Below, piece after piece: positions 30,295 through 40,468 of a DNA stretch of 64,000 nucleotides. Source of the DNA: Candidatus Latescibacterota bacterium (lineage in GTDB: Bacteria; Latescibacterota; UBA2968); contig OZ240241.1 in assembly GCA_965198115.1 (NCBI GenBank), positions 1,536,001 through 1,600,000 on the forward strand. Direction: 5' to 3'. Numbering within the stretch: position 1 is the first letter of the stretch; every line of letters starts with the position of its first letter. The position numbers and the translations under genes are program-made. Below the pieces are notes generated by a model that saw only the letters and a program-made list of their open reading frames with translations, made no database searches and was not told where the DNA came from.

Positions 30295-30762
30295 CTACGG
30301 GCGACTCTTCTTCGCATACGACTCGATCTGATCGTTCGCCCCTTCGATCCGATCGCACAGAATACCCACCATATTCTCCAGGATCTTGATCCGCAGCGAC
30401 TCGCTGGACTTCATCAGGCGGTCGAGATCGTCTCGCTGGATTTTGAACCCTGCCGACTTTTCCAGAGCGACCACCGTAGCCGCGCGATGGCGCCCGGTCA
30501 GGGCACCCATCTCCCCCGTCGTCCCACCCGGATGGATATCTCCGAGCACGTCACCCGACTCGTTGATCGCCCGCAGTTTTCCCTGGAGCAGGATAAACAT
30601 TCCGTCGCTCGTGTCGCCTTTCTTGTAGACCATCTCGTTGGGTCGATAGCCTGCGGGCTGACATAGCTTCAGAATCTGTCCCGCCTCACCGATCGTCAGA
30701 TACCGGAATGCGCCGACCTGATCGATGATCGACTTGATGCGCTCAGCCTGATCTCTCTCCAC
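30295..30762 (-). CDS. Stand-alone cyclic nucleotide-binding domain protein
   Basis: GD.SD.MFI...G, GEMGAL...R.ATV.A. Confidence 0.85.
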   Translation of the reverse strand: MERDQAERIKSIIDQVGAFRYLTIGEAGQILKLCQPAGYRPNEMVYKKGDTSDGMFILLQGKLRAINESGDVLGDIHPGGTTGEMGALTGRHRAATVVALEKSAGFKIQRDDLDRLMKSSESLRIKILENMVGILCDRIEGANDQIESYAKKSRP

Positions 30763-30842
30763 ATGGCCCCCTGGAGACCCAAACTGTAGGACACCCCAAT
30801 ACAGCAATAGGGCACGCTCGCGATTGGGTCACGAAACGTCCG

Positions 30843-31208
30843 TCAATGGTGAGGATGCCTGTGCCCTTCGTGATCGTGGTCGTGCTCCCTCGCCACGACA
30901 TCCAGCTTGCTTTCCAACTCGGATTCAGACAGCAGCCCCTTCTCCATCGCAACAGCTTCAAGCGCCCTCAGCCACTGCTCGTAGTACTCCGCCGGATCGT
31001 CCGATCTCTCGCCCTCTGCGATGACTTCAGACAGTCGCGCGCTGAAATCCACCCACGGATACGCACCGCCCTCGTTCAGCGCAACTGCCAACCCGAACGC
31101 GCGGGCCTGCCAGGGTGCATCGAACTGTAACTCCCCGTTCTTTCGTGGGGCTGCGATCGCGTCGTCAATGTTCGAAACGTTGCGATCGATGACCTTGCGC
31201 TTACTCAT
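30843..31208 (-). CDS. Nitrile hydratase accessory protein (P14K-like)
   Basis: F.APWQARAFGLAVAL, W..F, YYEQWL.ALE; His-rich tail; follows nthA. Confidence 0.9.
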   Translation of the reverse strand: MSKRKVIDRNVSNIDDAIAAPRKNGELQFDAPWQARAFGLAVALNEGGAYPWVDFSARLSEVIAEGERSDDPAEYYEQWLRALEAVAMEKGLLSESELESKLDVVAREHDHDHEGHRHPHH

Positions 31209-31223
31209 CTCACGACCTGATGA

Positions 31224-31811
31224 TCAAAACCTGGTCACGCCAATCATCGAATCCCGCGTGATGAGGTCCACCAACGCCGATTCATCGAGCCCATCCGTTC
31301 CCTCGGGTCGCTCGGGAAGAACCATATACCGAATGTCCGAGTTGCTGTCCCAGACGCGAACCTCCACAGCCTCGGGCAATTCGAGACCGAACTCCCTGAG
31401 AACGGCACGCGGCTCCCTCACAGCGCGTGACCGATATGAATAGGACTTGTACCACGTCGGCGGAAGCCCGAGGACCGCCCACGGATAGCACGAACACAGC
31501 GTACAGACCACGACGTTGTGGACCTCCGATGTATTCTCGACGACGACCAGCTCGGCGCCCTGGCGTTCGATGAAACCCATCTCTGCGATCGCTGATCGCC
31601 CATCTTCAAGCAGCCGTTGCTTGAAATCCGGATCGGTCCAGGCCTTGGCGACCACCTGTGCGCCACGCAGCGGGCCAATGTCTTCTTCGTAGTCCTTCAC
31701 GACCTTGTCGATCGCTTCGGACGACACCAGTCCTTTCTCGACCAGGAGTGCCTCCAACGCCTTCGTCCTCAGGGCAGCGTCTGCGTTCACGTTTGCTTCA
31801 CTCATTGCCAT
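31224..31811 (-). CDS. nthA: Nitrile hydratase alpha subunit, Co-type
   Basis: [11 protein letters not shown] metal motif (Thr and Tyr indicate Co-type), [19 protein letters not shown]. Confidence 0.97.
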   Translation of the reverse strand: MAMSEANVNADAALRTKALEALLVEKGLVSSEAIDKVVKDYEEDIGPLRGAQVVAKAWTDPDFKQRLLEDGRSAIAEMGFIERQGAELVVVENTSEVHNVVVCTLCSCYPWAVLGLPPTWYKSYSYRSRAVREPRAVLREFGLELPEAVEVRVWDSNSDIRYMVLPERPEGTDGLDESALVDLITRDSMIGVTRF

Positions 31812-31819
31812 TCCCCCGC

Positions 31820-31915
31820 GTATCGAGAATCGAATATTGAAGACGGTGCGTCGCTTCTCAATACTCGATCCTCCATTCTCGATCCTCGATCAATATTCAA
31901 TGTTCCATTCCAAAT
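31820..31915. repeat. Heptamer-repeat hairpin downstream of the metalloprotease gene
   Basis: TATCGAGAATCGAATATTGAAGA...TCTCAATACTCGATCCTCCATTCTCGATCCTCGAT. Confidence 0.75.
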
Positions 31916-31917
31916 GT

Positions 31918-34410
31918 TCAATCATCATGCAGAATCCCATCGATTTCCGCCCGCAGATCATCGATGTGATACCTCACCACGACATCCGTCGTGCGCTCGG
32001 ATGTTGCCTGGAGCTGCTCCGCCAACGCATTCAGTTCACCACGGGCGATCGCACGCGTATCGGTGAGATTCGGATTCTCCAGCTTTGCGGCCATCTCGTC
32101 GACATACACCCGGTGCAGCGCCCTTCGATAGGCGTCGACGACGATCGTGTCTGCCCGAAGCTCCTCGAATAATCCCGCTCGAAGATCCCTCACCATCGCG
32201 TGAAGCGGATACACATCGCCGCCCATCGCTTCGTGATCCACCAACCGTTTGGCCCGAGCGTCGCTCAACAGATTCTTCAGCATTCGACGCTGGGCCTTCA
32301 TCACTCGATCCACGTTCCCAAAAGGTTCGATCAGCATCAGAATCTCAGGCTTGAGCAGCTGCAAAGGCGTCTTGAATGCGTTGTCGAGCAGAAACGCCAT
32401 CGCTTCTTCTCCTCGGGCGCGTGACAGCGGGTGATAGACGGCGCCCGGCTGGCCAGCGTGCTTGGACGTTTGCTCGACACCTCCGATCACGTTGACCACG
32501 TGCATCAACTCCCGATCGCGCTGCCCGATCAGCCTGTCATAGAGCTCGTCCAGGTGACGATAATCTTCGCCTTCCCACGTCGTCGCCGGAATCAGCATGT
32601 CGACGATCCGATCGATGTTCATCAGACCGTAACGCGTCGCGGCGACCGGATCGTTGCCCAGATCCTCCGTCTGAGCCGTCGGGTCGAATCGCGATCGCCA
32701 TCCAAACCGCAGCGTCAAATCAGAGGTCTGACGACGGGCGATCACGTCCAGCTCGCGACGCTCCTCGTCCGGCGTTGTCGCGCCCGGGATCGGCTTGTAG
32801 CCCCACTCGATGGCGAATCGATCGTAGGGCCCGATCTTCGGAATCAGCCGCGCCCTATCCCCCGGTTGGGAAACGTAGTTGAAGCGGCCGTAGTCCATGA
32901 TGCTCGCCTCGGTCCCGTTGCGGGCTGTGAACCGGGCATTCCGCAGCTGCTCGACCGTGTAGGAGGAACTCGCCTTCATGTTGTGTGGCAAACCGAGCGC
33001 GTGTCCCACCTCGTGGGCGCTCACGTAGCGCAGCAGCTCACCCATCAGATCGTCCGGAAGTGGAAGCTTCTTCGCGCGATCGTCCATGGGCGCCACCTGC
33101 ACGAAATACCAATCGCGCAAAAGGTTCATGACGTTGTGGAAGAACTTGATGTCGGAGTCGAGAATCTCGCCCGTTCGGGGATCGTGAACGTGTGGACCGA
33201 AGGCATTCTCGATCCGGCTGGGCAGCCACGCGATCGAGGCAACCCGTGCGTCTTCGATGCTCCAGTCAGGATCCTCTTCGACCGTCGGTGCCATCTTCGC
33301 CTGAATGGCTCGACGGAATCCGGCCTGTTCGAACGCTCCTTGCCAGTCCTCCACACCTTTGGCGATGTAGGAGCGCCATTTCTCCGGTACAGATCGATCG
33401 ATGTAGAACACGATCGGCTTGATCGGATCCGACACCTTCCTCTTCGGCTTCTTCTTCTCCAGCCGCCAGCGAGTGATGTAGGACCGGCGCTCGGCTCGAT
33501 GAACATCGAGACCGTAGTCTACCTGTTCTACCGAAAAGTAGCCCACGCGGGAGTCTTCGAGACGGGGTACCATCGGCTTCTCAGGCAAATGAACCATACT
33601 GTGGTGCGTCACGACGGAGACCGTCGACAGGCTTCGGTCGCCCGCCTTTTCCGCCTCGAACGTCAGGATCGCCTGCGTCTCGATGTTTTCGGGAAAGGAT
33701 CGAACACGCTCGATGAACGAACGTTTTTCGTCGAGCTTCTTCGCGTCGACGGCCTTTTTGGGAGAAAACTCAGGAATGTCGGACGTGAAGAACTTTGTCA
33801 CGTCGATGACGAGCGAACTGTCCTCACCGAACGTTTCGATTTCGAATGCTGCAAGGATCGGCGGGTACGTTGCCGCCGACACCGCCTCGTAGACTGCGAG
33901 CGATTCCGCCGCCACGCTTTCATACTGAATTCGGCGTAGAAGAACGCGATCATACCTTTTCTCCCATCGCACAACCTGACTGTTCACCATCTGACCGCCG
34001 AAGCCTTTGCCCGTCTGGTTCTCGGCGATCTGCGTGACCCAAAGGAACAGCCGTCCCAGTTCGGAGCGTGGAATCTCGTAGTAGAGGCTCTCTTCGACCC
34101 GATGCGTGTCGAAAACACCCTCATCTGTGATGGCCTCTTCCGTGACGATCTCATCGTAGGATTTGAACTTCGGCTCCTCTTTCGTCGAGTCGACCGAAGC
34201 CGAGTCCACCGCCACGGAATCCACGGTTGCCTGGGCGGAGTCAGCACCCACGGTCAACGCAAACGAGGGCCCAGCACCAAAGAGCCACAGGAGCGCGATG
34301 AGGGATCGAGAATCGAATATCGAGAATCGAATAGTGGGAAGACCCAGCAACCATCTTTCAATCCTCGATGCTCGATGCTCGATACTCGATGCTCTGTCTT
34401 CAATCTTCAA
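31918..34410 (-). CDS. Secreted Zn-dependent metalloprotease (EcxA/DUF4953 met-zincin with DUF5117/DUF5118-like N-terminus)
   Basis: HEVGHALGLPHN zincin motif, ASIMDY Met-turn, DSRVGYF, RWRL, DPRTGEI; signal-peptide-like N-terminus. Confidence 0.92.
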   Translation of the reverse strand: MKIEDRASSIEHRASRIERWLLGLPTIRFSIFDSRSLIALLWLFGAGPSFALTVGADSAQATVDSVAVDSASVDSTKEEPKFKSYDEIVTEEAITDEGVFDTHRVEESLYYEIPRSELGRLFLWVTQIAENQTGKGFGGQMVNSQVVRWEKRYDRVLLRRIQYESVAAESLAVYEAVSAATYPPILAAFEIETFGEDSSLVIDVTKFFTSDIPEFSPKKAVDAKKLDEKRSFIERVRSFPENIETQAILTFEAEKAGDRSLSTVSVVTHHSMVHLPEKPMVPRLEDSRVGYFSVEQVDYGLDVHRAERRSYITRWRLEKKKPKRKVSDPIKPIVFYIDRSVPEKWRSYIAKGVEDWQGAFEQAGFRRAIQAKMAPTVEEDPDWSIEDARVASIAWLPSRIENAFGPHVHDPRTGEILDSDIKFFHNVMNLLRDWYFVQVAPMDDRAKKLPLPDDLMGELLRYVSAHEVGHALGLPHNMKASSSYTVEQLRNARFTARNGTEASIMDYGRFNYVSQPGDRARLIPKIGPYDRFAIEWGYKPIPGATTPDEERRELDVIARRQTSDLTLRFGWRSRFDPTAQTEDLGNDPVAATRYGLMNIDRIVDMLIPATTWEGEDYRHLDELYDRLIGQRDRELMHVVNVIGGVEQTSKHAGQPGAVYHPLSRARGEEAMAFLLDNAFKTPLQLLKPEILMLIEPFGNVDRVMKAQRRMLKNLLSDARAKRLVDHEAMGGDVYPLHAMVRDLRAGLFEELRADTIVVDAYRRALHRVYVDEMAAKLENPNLTDTRAIARGELNALAEQLQATSERTTDVVVRYHIDDLRAEIDGILHDD

Positions 34411-34418
34411 TCTTCAAT
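34302..34418. repeat. Heptamer-repeat hairpin at the nthB/metalloprotease junction
   Basis: GATCGAGAATCGAATATCGAGAATCGAATA...TCCTCGATGCTCGATGCTCGATACTCGATG plus (TCTTCAA)3. Confidence 0.8.
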
Positions 34419-35068
34419 GGCTCCAAATAGGCTTCCCACATATCCAACAGAACACAACTGTTCGGTTCCGCCGATGCACCCCACACTTCCCGGCCGTCGA
34501 ACCTCACAGCATACACCGGCTGGGGGCCCTCGTGTTCGCTTATCGCTTCGTGGTCCTGGAATCCTTGGGACCGGTAGATTCGAACGATTTGACCGACTTT
34601 CCCCCGGAGATACCGTGGAAGTCGCGTATGTCCCTCCGGATGAACCTGCTTGGCGCGCACACGTTCGCCCATCCGGAACCGGGGCTCTGGCTCCGAAGAT
34701 GCAGATCCAGATGACTGTCGCTCAACCGACTGGGCGGTGGCCGCTGCCCCCGTCTTGGGAAGGTCCGCGTCGGGATCGGCCCGATACTGCGCGAGTCTCT
34801 CCTCGAACTCTTCCTCGGTGATCACGCCCGACTGTAGTAAACCGTTGATCCGGGCGTGAAGCCACTTTTCGTAGTAGCTGGAAGCCAGATAGAAGGCCGG
34901 ATCGAGCGCCTCGATCTGGAACCGTGATCCCCCGGGTACGGGCGACCTGAGCGTCCTCGCAATGCCCATGACCCGCCCTTCCCACGGTTCGTGAAAAGCG
35001 GGCTCGTTTTCCTCGATTTCGATCCGCCCGAAGCCGTGCATGCCGCCCATGTCGTGTATGCCGTCCAT
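34400..35068 (-). CDS. nthB: Nitrile hydratase beta subunit
   Basis: MDGIHDMGGMHGFG, FHEPWE.R, YL.SSYYEKW, GHTRLPRY.RGK.G, Y.VRF...E.WG, D.WE.YL. Confidence 0.96.
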   Translation of the reverse strand: MDGIHDMGGMHGFGRIEIEENEPAFHEPWEGRVMGIARTLRSPVPGGSRFQIEALDPAFYLASSYYEKWLHARINGLLQSGVITEEEFEERLAQYRADPDADLPKTGAAATAQSVERQSSGSASSEPEPRFRMGERVRAKQVHPEGHTRLPRYLRGKVGQIVRIYRSQGFQDHEAISEHEGPQPVYAVRFDGREVWGASAEPNSCVLLDMWEAYLEPLKIED

Positions 35069-35252
35069 CCGTCCTCCTTCCCAAGTGTCGTTCGACGGTG
35101 CAAGGTAATGTGTCCCCGGCCGTGCCCGCAACCGGCTCCTCCACGTGGCCCATCCCCCTGTCCCGCGACGACTTACACTTGTGGCTCTTCCCCGATTCGC
35201 ATAAATTGCGCGCCGTTCCTCCAAAAGCGTCATCCCTAACCAAGGAGCACCA

Positions 35253-36149
35253 ATGGCCAAGCCAAAGATCGGATTCATCGGCCTCGGAATCATGGGCCGA
35301 CCGATGAGCAAACATCTTCTCAACGCCGGCTACGAGGTGGTCGTACACGACATCAATCGCGATGCTGTCAAAGAGCTCGTCGAGGCCGGCGCCGAGGAAG
35401 CCAACGCCTGCGCCGAAGTCGCCGAACGAAGCGACCTCATCATCACGATGGTGCCGGACTCTCCCGACGTCCAGGCCGCCGCGCTCGGCGAGGGTGGCAT
35501 CATCGAGGGCGTCCGCGAAGGGGCCACCTACGTGGACATGAGCACGATCGCACCCAGCGTCTCGGTCGAGGTGGGCGAAGAGATGGCCAAAAAGGGCGTG
35601 AAGTGTCTGGATGGTCCCGTCAGCGGCGGCGACGTCGGCGCGCAGAATGCTACGCTCTCGATCATGGTCGGTGGCGACGATGAAACCTACGAATTCGTCA
35701 AACCCATCTTCGAGATCATGGGCAACCCCGTCCTCTGCGGTCCCCTTGGCGCGGGTCAGATCGTCAAAGCCTGCAATCAGATTCTGGTCGCCGTCACGAT
35801 CGCTGGCGTGAGCGAAGCCATCACCCTCGGCGCAAAGGCCGGAGTCGATCCGCTCAACATCGTCAAGGTCCTTGGTGGCGGTCTCGCCCGCTGCGGAGTT
35901 CTCGAAAATCGTGGCGAACGGATGGTCAACGGCGACTTCGACCCGGGATTCCGCATCCGCCTGCACTACAAAGACCTCAACATCATCATGAAGACCGGCA
36001 ACGACTACCAGGTTCCGCTGCCAGTCACGAGCGTCGTTCACGAGCTCTTCAACACGGCGATGGTCAAAGACCGAAGCGAGCTCGATCACTCGGGGTTGTT
36101 GACGGTCATCGAAGATATGGCGGGCATCCAAGCGAGAACGAAAAGCTGA
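35253..36149 (+). CDS. garR: 2-hydroxy-3-oxopropionate (tartronate semialdehyde) reductase family
   Basis: IGFIGLGIMGRPM, ITMVPDSPDV, DMSTI, PVSGG, LSIMVGG, KACNQ, GGLA, PGFRI.LH.KDL. Confidence 0.8.
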   Translation: MAKPKIGFIGLGIMGRPMSKHLLNAGYEVVVHDINRDAVKELVEAGAEEANACAEVAERSDLIITMVPDSPDVQAAALGEGGIIEGVREGATYVDMSTIAPSVSVEVGEEMAKKGVKCLDGPVSGGDVGAQNATLSIMVGGDDETYEFVKPIFEIMGNPVLCGPLGAGQIVKACNQILVAVTIAGVSEAITLGAKAGVDPLNIVKVLGGGLARCGVLENRGERMVNGDFDPGFRIRLHYKDLNIIMKTGNDYQVPLPVTSVVHELFNTAMVKDRSELDHSGLLTVIEDMAGIQARTKS

Positions 36150-36235
36150 GCGGGGAGAAAACCGAGCGGGAGAACGGGTGAGGAGGGAACGGGAGACAAA
36201 ACCGCACCCGCTCCCCCGCTCTCTCCTCTCCCGAT
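36150..36235. repeat. 8-bp-period purine/pyrimidine inverted repeat patch
   Basis: GGGGAGAAAACCGAGCGGGAGAACGGGTGAGGAGGGAACGGGAG...CCCGCTCCCCGCTCTCTCCTCTCCC; similar to 7750-7790. Confidence 0.6.
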
Positions 36236-36266
36236 CACAGTTCGCGAATCACTCCAGGGGAAGCCC

Positions 36267-37097
36267 ATGGACGGTGCCGTCCTTGAAAACCTTCCAAGCG
36301 AAGAACAGCTCCAGCACTTTGACGAGCAGGGGTTCCTCATCGTGCCCAATGCGCTGTCACAGGACGAGTGCGATCGGCTGGAGACTCTGGTCGACGCGAT
36401 CTGGGAGGAGCAGAAGGCGTGCGGGCAGGAAGGGAATCTGTTCTATCCCAACTTCGTCGGGCGCGATCAGGCCTTCATCAATCTGCTCGACAACCCTGTC
36501 GTCTTCCCGATCGTCTGGTCGATTCTGGGCTGGAACATCTACCTATATCACTCCCATCTCGGCGTCTCGCCCCAGGAGGCGCCCGAAACCGAACCCGCGA
36601 AAGAACCGCTCGGTTTCCATCAGGACAGCGGACGCGTGAATCGAGATCTCGAGACCTCACCACGACCTCGCGTTTCGCTCAAAGTGGGCTACTGGTTGAG
36701 CGACGTGAGCGAGCCGGGCCGTGGTAACTTTCACATCATTCCGAGGAGCCATCTCACCGACACCGTCGAGAAACCGGAGGACCGCAATCCGGACGGTACG
36801 ATTCCCGTCTGCGCCAGTCGGGGAGACGCTGTCTTTTTCGACCGCAGGCTGTGGCACGCGCGGTCGCCGAACCACTCAGCGATCGTGCGCAAGGTCCTGT
36901 TCTATGGTTACGGCTACAGATGGATTCGAACGAAAGACGACACCACGATCCGCCCCGACCTTTTCAAGAACTGTGACCCCATCCGACGACAGCTCCTCGG
37001 AGACGGCACGAACTGCAACGGCTATTTCTCCCCCGGCGACGATGACGTGCCCCTCAAAGTCTGGCTCGAAGAACACACCGAAGGCGTCCCCGCCTGA
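36267..37097 (+). CDS. Phytanoyl-CoA dioxygenase (PhyH) family Fe/2OG oxygenase
   Basis: F.EQGFL, FHQD, IPRSH, GDAVFFD..LWH. Confidence 0.9.
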   Translation: MDGAVLENLPSEEQLQHFDEQGFLIVPNALSQDECDRLETLVDAIWEEQKACGQEGNLFYPNFVGRDQAFINLLDNPVVFPIVWSILGWNIYLYHSHLGVSPQEAPETEPAKEPLGFHQDSGRVNRDLETSPRPRVSLKVGYWLSDVSEPGRGNFHIIPRSHLTDTVEKPEDRNPDGTIPVCASRGDAVFFDRRLWHARSPNHSAIVRKVLFYGYGYRWIRTKDDTTIRPDLFKNCDPIRRQLLGDGTNCNGYFSPGDDDVPLKVWLEEHTEGVPA

Positions 37098-37119
37098 CAG
37101 AGCACCATCGTCGACATAG

Positions 37120-37158
37120 AAAACCGGCCCCCTCGATTCACTCGAGAGGGCCGGTTTC
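37120..37158. terminator. Intrinsic terminator-like hairpin between convergent genes
   Basis: AAACCGGCCCCCTCGA-TTCAC-TCGAGAGGGCCGGTTT. Confidence 0.7.
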
Positions 37159-37319
37159 AATATCTCTTGCACACTTCGCAGCCGGGAGGTACATCCTGAG
37201 CGGAGTCGAAGGGCTGCTCCCACCGGCGATGGTGAACAACGTCTCTACCAGTCCACAGCTCGCCACCGACCGTCCATTCGATATCGTCTAGCGATTCCTG
37301 TCGACCTCTCCATCAATCG

Positions 37320-37895
37320 CTAAGGGGTATACCTGAAGACCTCGTCAAAGGGCTTCCTTTTTGCGTTCAGGACTTCCTCGGGAAACCCGGTGTAGAAGAA
37401 CCCGATGATATACTCCCTGTCCTTGTCGACGCCAAGAAGATCGTAGGTGTCATCCTCGAGCGTGATGGGCCCGGTGCTCCACTGCATGCCGATTCCCTCG
37501 GACCAGGCAGCCAGGGCGACGTTCTGCATCGCACAACACGCGGCCGCATAGTCTTCACGATTCTGCACCTCGTCTCCATCCTGATTACAGGAGACGGCAA
37601 CGATCGTCGGCTTCGAATGGAACTTCTTGTAGCCCGCGTCAGCAAGAGCCTGGCGGGCCTCATCATCAGCTGAATCGGCTGCCTTGGCTCGCTGAATCTC
37701 GCTGTAGCGCTGAGCCAGCTTTTCCTTCGTCTCGGTCCCCAGGACAATGAACCGCCACGGCTCGGTCAGATGATGATTCGGCGCCCAGATGCCGTAGCTA
37801 AAAACCCGTTGAATTGTTTCGATCGGCACGGGGTCGGGCTTGAATTTGAACACGGACCGCCGCGATGTAATGGCCTCGAGAACCTCCATACGCAC
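37320..37895 (-). CDS. Nitroreductase family (YdjA-like)
   Basis: I.SRRSV..F, WAPNHHLTEPWRF, QN..LAAW.EGIG..WSTG. Confidence 0.9.
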   Translation of the reverse strand: MRMEVLEAITSRRSVFKFKPDPVPIETIQRVFSYGIWAPNHHLTEPWRFIVLGTETKEKLAQRYSEIQRAKAADSADDEARQALADAGYKKFHSKPTIVAVSCNQDGDEVQNREDYAAACCAMQNVALAAWSEGIGMQWSTGPITLEDDTYDLLGVDKDREYIIGFFYTGFPEEVLNAKRKPFDEVFRYTP

Positions 37896-37965
37896 TCCTG
37901 ATTTCGATCTGGAACCTGTGATCTTCGGTCATCGATAATATAGAAGGGGGTCTCGGAGTGTCAAG

Positions 37966-38977
37966 CTACGCGACCCCTTCGGCAGCGGGTTCGATCCCCA
38001 GCGTTCCATCGGAGGTGCCCTTCCCGGCCACCCACCGCCGATCGATCCCCACTTCCCCCATCAGAAATCGAACGGGATGGGCCGTCAACAGCGATGTCGA
38101 GACCACACAATAGACGCCGCAGCTCGTTTGACACGTTTTCTTCCGATCGTAGGAAGCCAACATCTCCAGCGTGACATCGTCGATGTTCACGTCGGTCCTC
38201 AGCATGCTACACGGCCAGAACTTGCCCTGGGACGAAATGAAGAAATACTTGTAGCCAGCTCGGCACGTCCAATCCACGGGACGTCCCTCGAGCATCGCTT
38301 TCTGGTAATTCAAAATCGCCCAGGTCGTGTGAATGCGCTCACCCTGAGCCTTCCGGCCCATCATTTCATACAGAAACGCAGACAGTCTCCGACGCTCCCC
38401 GACAGAGACACGGAACGACTGACGTGGGTCGGGATGAACCAGCCGGAAATGCGCGCTGAAACCCATCCCGGTGGCGACATCCAGAACCTCCTGGCACTCC
38501 GACAGCGTCTCGTCGAACAGCACACCGGAGACTTGCGTCCTGATCCTCGAACCCTTCAGATGAGCCAGCTTTGAACCGATCGTTTTCATCGCCTTTCGCG
38601 TCGATTGGGTCGGCGTCATCCGGTCGACAGAGACTTGCAAGGCATCCAGACCGGCGTCCTCGAGTTCCTCCACGACGGTTCGACTGAGCAGATACCCGTT
38701 CGTGGACGCGCTGACATTCAAACCCAGACCCTTCGCGAAGCGAATCACCGCTGACAAGTGCGGATAGAGCAAGGGTTCCCCTCCCTGCAGCCCCAGGTGG
38801 AGACAGCCCAGCTCACGTGCTTTCCTCACCCATCGCTTCAAGTCTTCGAGATCGGGATGATCCACCTGGTTGTCGTATTCGGCGCAATACTGGCAATCCA
38901 GATTGCACTGGTCGGTAACGTAGAGATGACAGGCCAGGGGTCTTCGGTCGAACAGTCGTCATTCGCAGGTATGACAC
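37966..38977 (-). pseudogene. Radical SAM protein with an apparent frameshift just after the start
   Basis: CNLDCQYC lies in frame upstream of the called ORF start; GGEP, STNG and a C-terminal Cys cluster follow. GGAGG+GTG at 38977 is out of frame by 1 nt. Confidence 0.75.
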
Positions 38978-39000
38978 GCGTCCTCCCACAAGTATTCGAT

Positions 39001-40017
39001 TCAGCCCGACAAGACGACCGAGTCGGGTCTTTCATCTGGCTTCGGCGCGTAGAGAGCAACCGCTCCGATCGCCATCCACGCGAGTTTGCGGACACGCTTC
39101 ACAATGCCCACTGACAGCCCCACACCCGGGTTGAGCCCGAGCAGCAGAAACAGGTAGGCATTACCCGCTTCCATCATCCCCAAGCTTCCCGGCACAAAGA
39201 AGAACACCGCGTCGATCACCATCCCCAGAGAGAATAGCAGGAACCCGACCAGGACCGCGTCTGCAACGCCTATGAGACGCAGAATGGCGAACGTCTCCGC
39301 ATAACCCATCGCAAGGCTGATGAATCGAAGACCCAGACACGTCCAGAAACGCTTCCCACGCAGTGAGATGAACGTCGAGAGTCCCTCGTCCACGCGCTCA
39401 GCGGCACCCCTCAAATGCGATCGTCCCCCTAGGGTGAGACCCAGGTGGTTCAACACATTGAGAAGTTTTGTGACGGGTCTGTGCCGCTGGGCGAGAATGA
39501 CGCCTATCGTGCCCAGGAGCCAGATCGTGATCACCACCATCAAGCCCATTCGAAGTGATGCTTCGAACGGCAGAACGTCGATCGCAACGAACGCCCCCAC
39601 GCTCACGAACACAACGCCAGACAGGATCTCGACCGTCTTGTTGGCCATCACGCCGGCGGCGCTCGCCGCCATCGACATCCGCCCACGCAGGAAATAGGGC
39701 TTTGCGAACTCTCCGCCGATGTTCGCACTCGGCAATAGATTGTTTAAAACATCACCCGCGAGATTGGCTCGAAACAGCGTCCAAAACCCGGGATGCCGAG
39801 TCTCTTCGGGCAGGGCGACGATCCACGAAAGCGTGTTCCAGCACTTCCATCCGAGCGAAATCGTAAACAGCGGCAAGAGCCAGAAGCCGCCGTCACGAAG
39901 TGCACCCAGAATCTGTTTGGGACCGACCTGCCACACGGTCACACCGAAAAGGATGGCACCCGCCACAAAGGCGAATGTAGACCCCAGGGACACGATCCCG
40001 GGCCGAGGGGTTTTCAC
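39001..40017 (-). CDS. Lysylphosphatidylglycerol-synthase TM / flippase-like membrane protein
   Basis: Multi-TM; N.LLPSA.IGGE..K, FFVPGSLG..EAG. Confidence 0.85.
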   Translation of the reverse strand: MKTPRPGIVSLGSTFAFVAGAILFGVTVWQVGPKQILGALRDGGFWLLPLFTISLGWKCWNTLSWIVALPEETRHPGFWTLFRANLAGDVLNNLLPSANIGGEFAKPYFLRGRMSMAASAAGVMANKTVEILSGVVFVSVGAFVAIDVLPFEASLRMGLMVVITIWLLGTIGVILAQRHRPVTKLLNVLNHLGLTLGGRSHLRGAAERVDEGLSTFISLRGKRFWTCLGLRFISLAMGYAETFAILRLIGVADAVLVGFLLFSLGMVIDAVFFFVPGSLGMMEAGNAYLFLLLGLNPGVGLSVGIVKRVRKLAWMAIGAVALYAPKPDERPDSVVLSG

Positions 40018-40468
40018 GAAATCCTCCCGTTGACCGCACGAACGAGCTCACGTAGGTTTATCGGGCACGATCGGCAACAGTCGATCGCGCGCGGATCGAC
40101 CGTCAGCCTTGCCCTGTCCAGGTTCGGGGCTGACGGTCGTCTTCGTTTGTAACAAAAAAGGTGCCAGCTCCATTTTCGGATCCGGTACCTTTGTCATCTG
40201 CAGTGATGTCAGTCAGTTAGTCGAACTGTGGTCGTCCGATACACCGTGACGCGTTACCACACGCGTCGACAAACGACTACACAACACGACCCCGGGCGGT
40301 GGCAACTCGTCACCCAGGTTTCTGGAACTAAACTCCGAAAAGCCTCTCTCCCTGGTTTTCGGTCCGTAACAGGGGCTTCGGCCATCAATGCGGTTTAGGC
40401 CAACACCCTCGATCCCTTCGCATCCCACGCGCGCTCTGCGTTGAAAGGCTTTTCTGGCGTTATCGGAT

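Noticed and set aside
31820-34418. Heptamer repeat patches as a CRISPR array
   Set aside because: Units are 7 bp with no unique spacers, and there are no cas genes in the window.
32431-36131. Long antisense ORFs (e.g. 32431..33939 +, 34722..36131 -)
   Set aside because: They are shadow frames opposite well-supported genes, as expected at high GC.
40151-40167. Sigma-54 promoter (minus strand TGGCAC-N5-TTGT) upstream of the flippase-like gene
   Set aside because: The conserved -12 GC is GT, and there is no supporting activator evidence.
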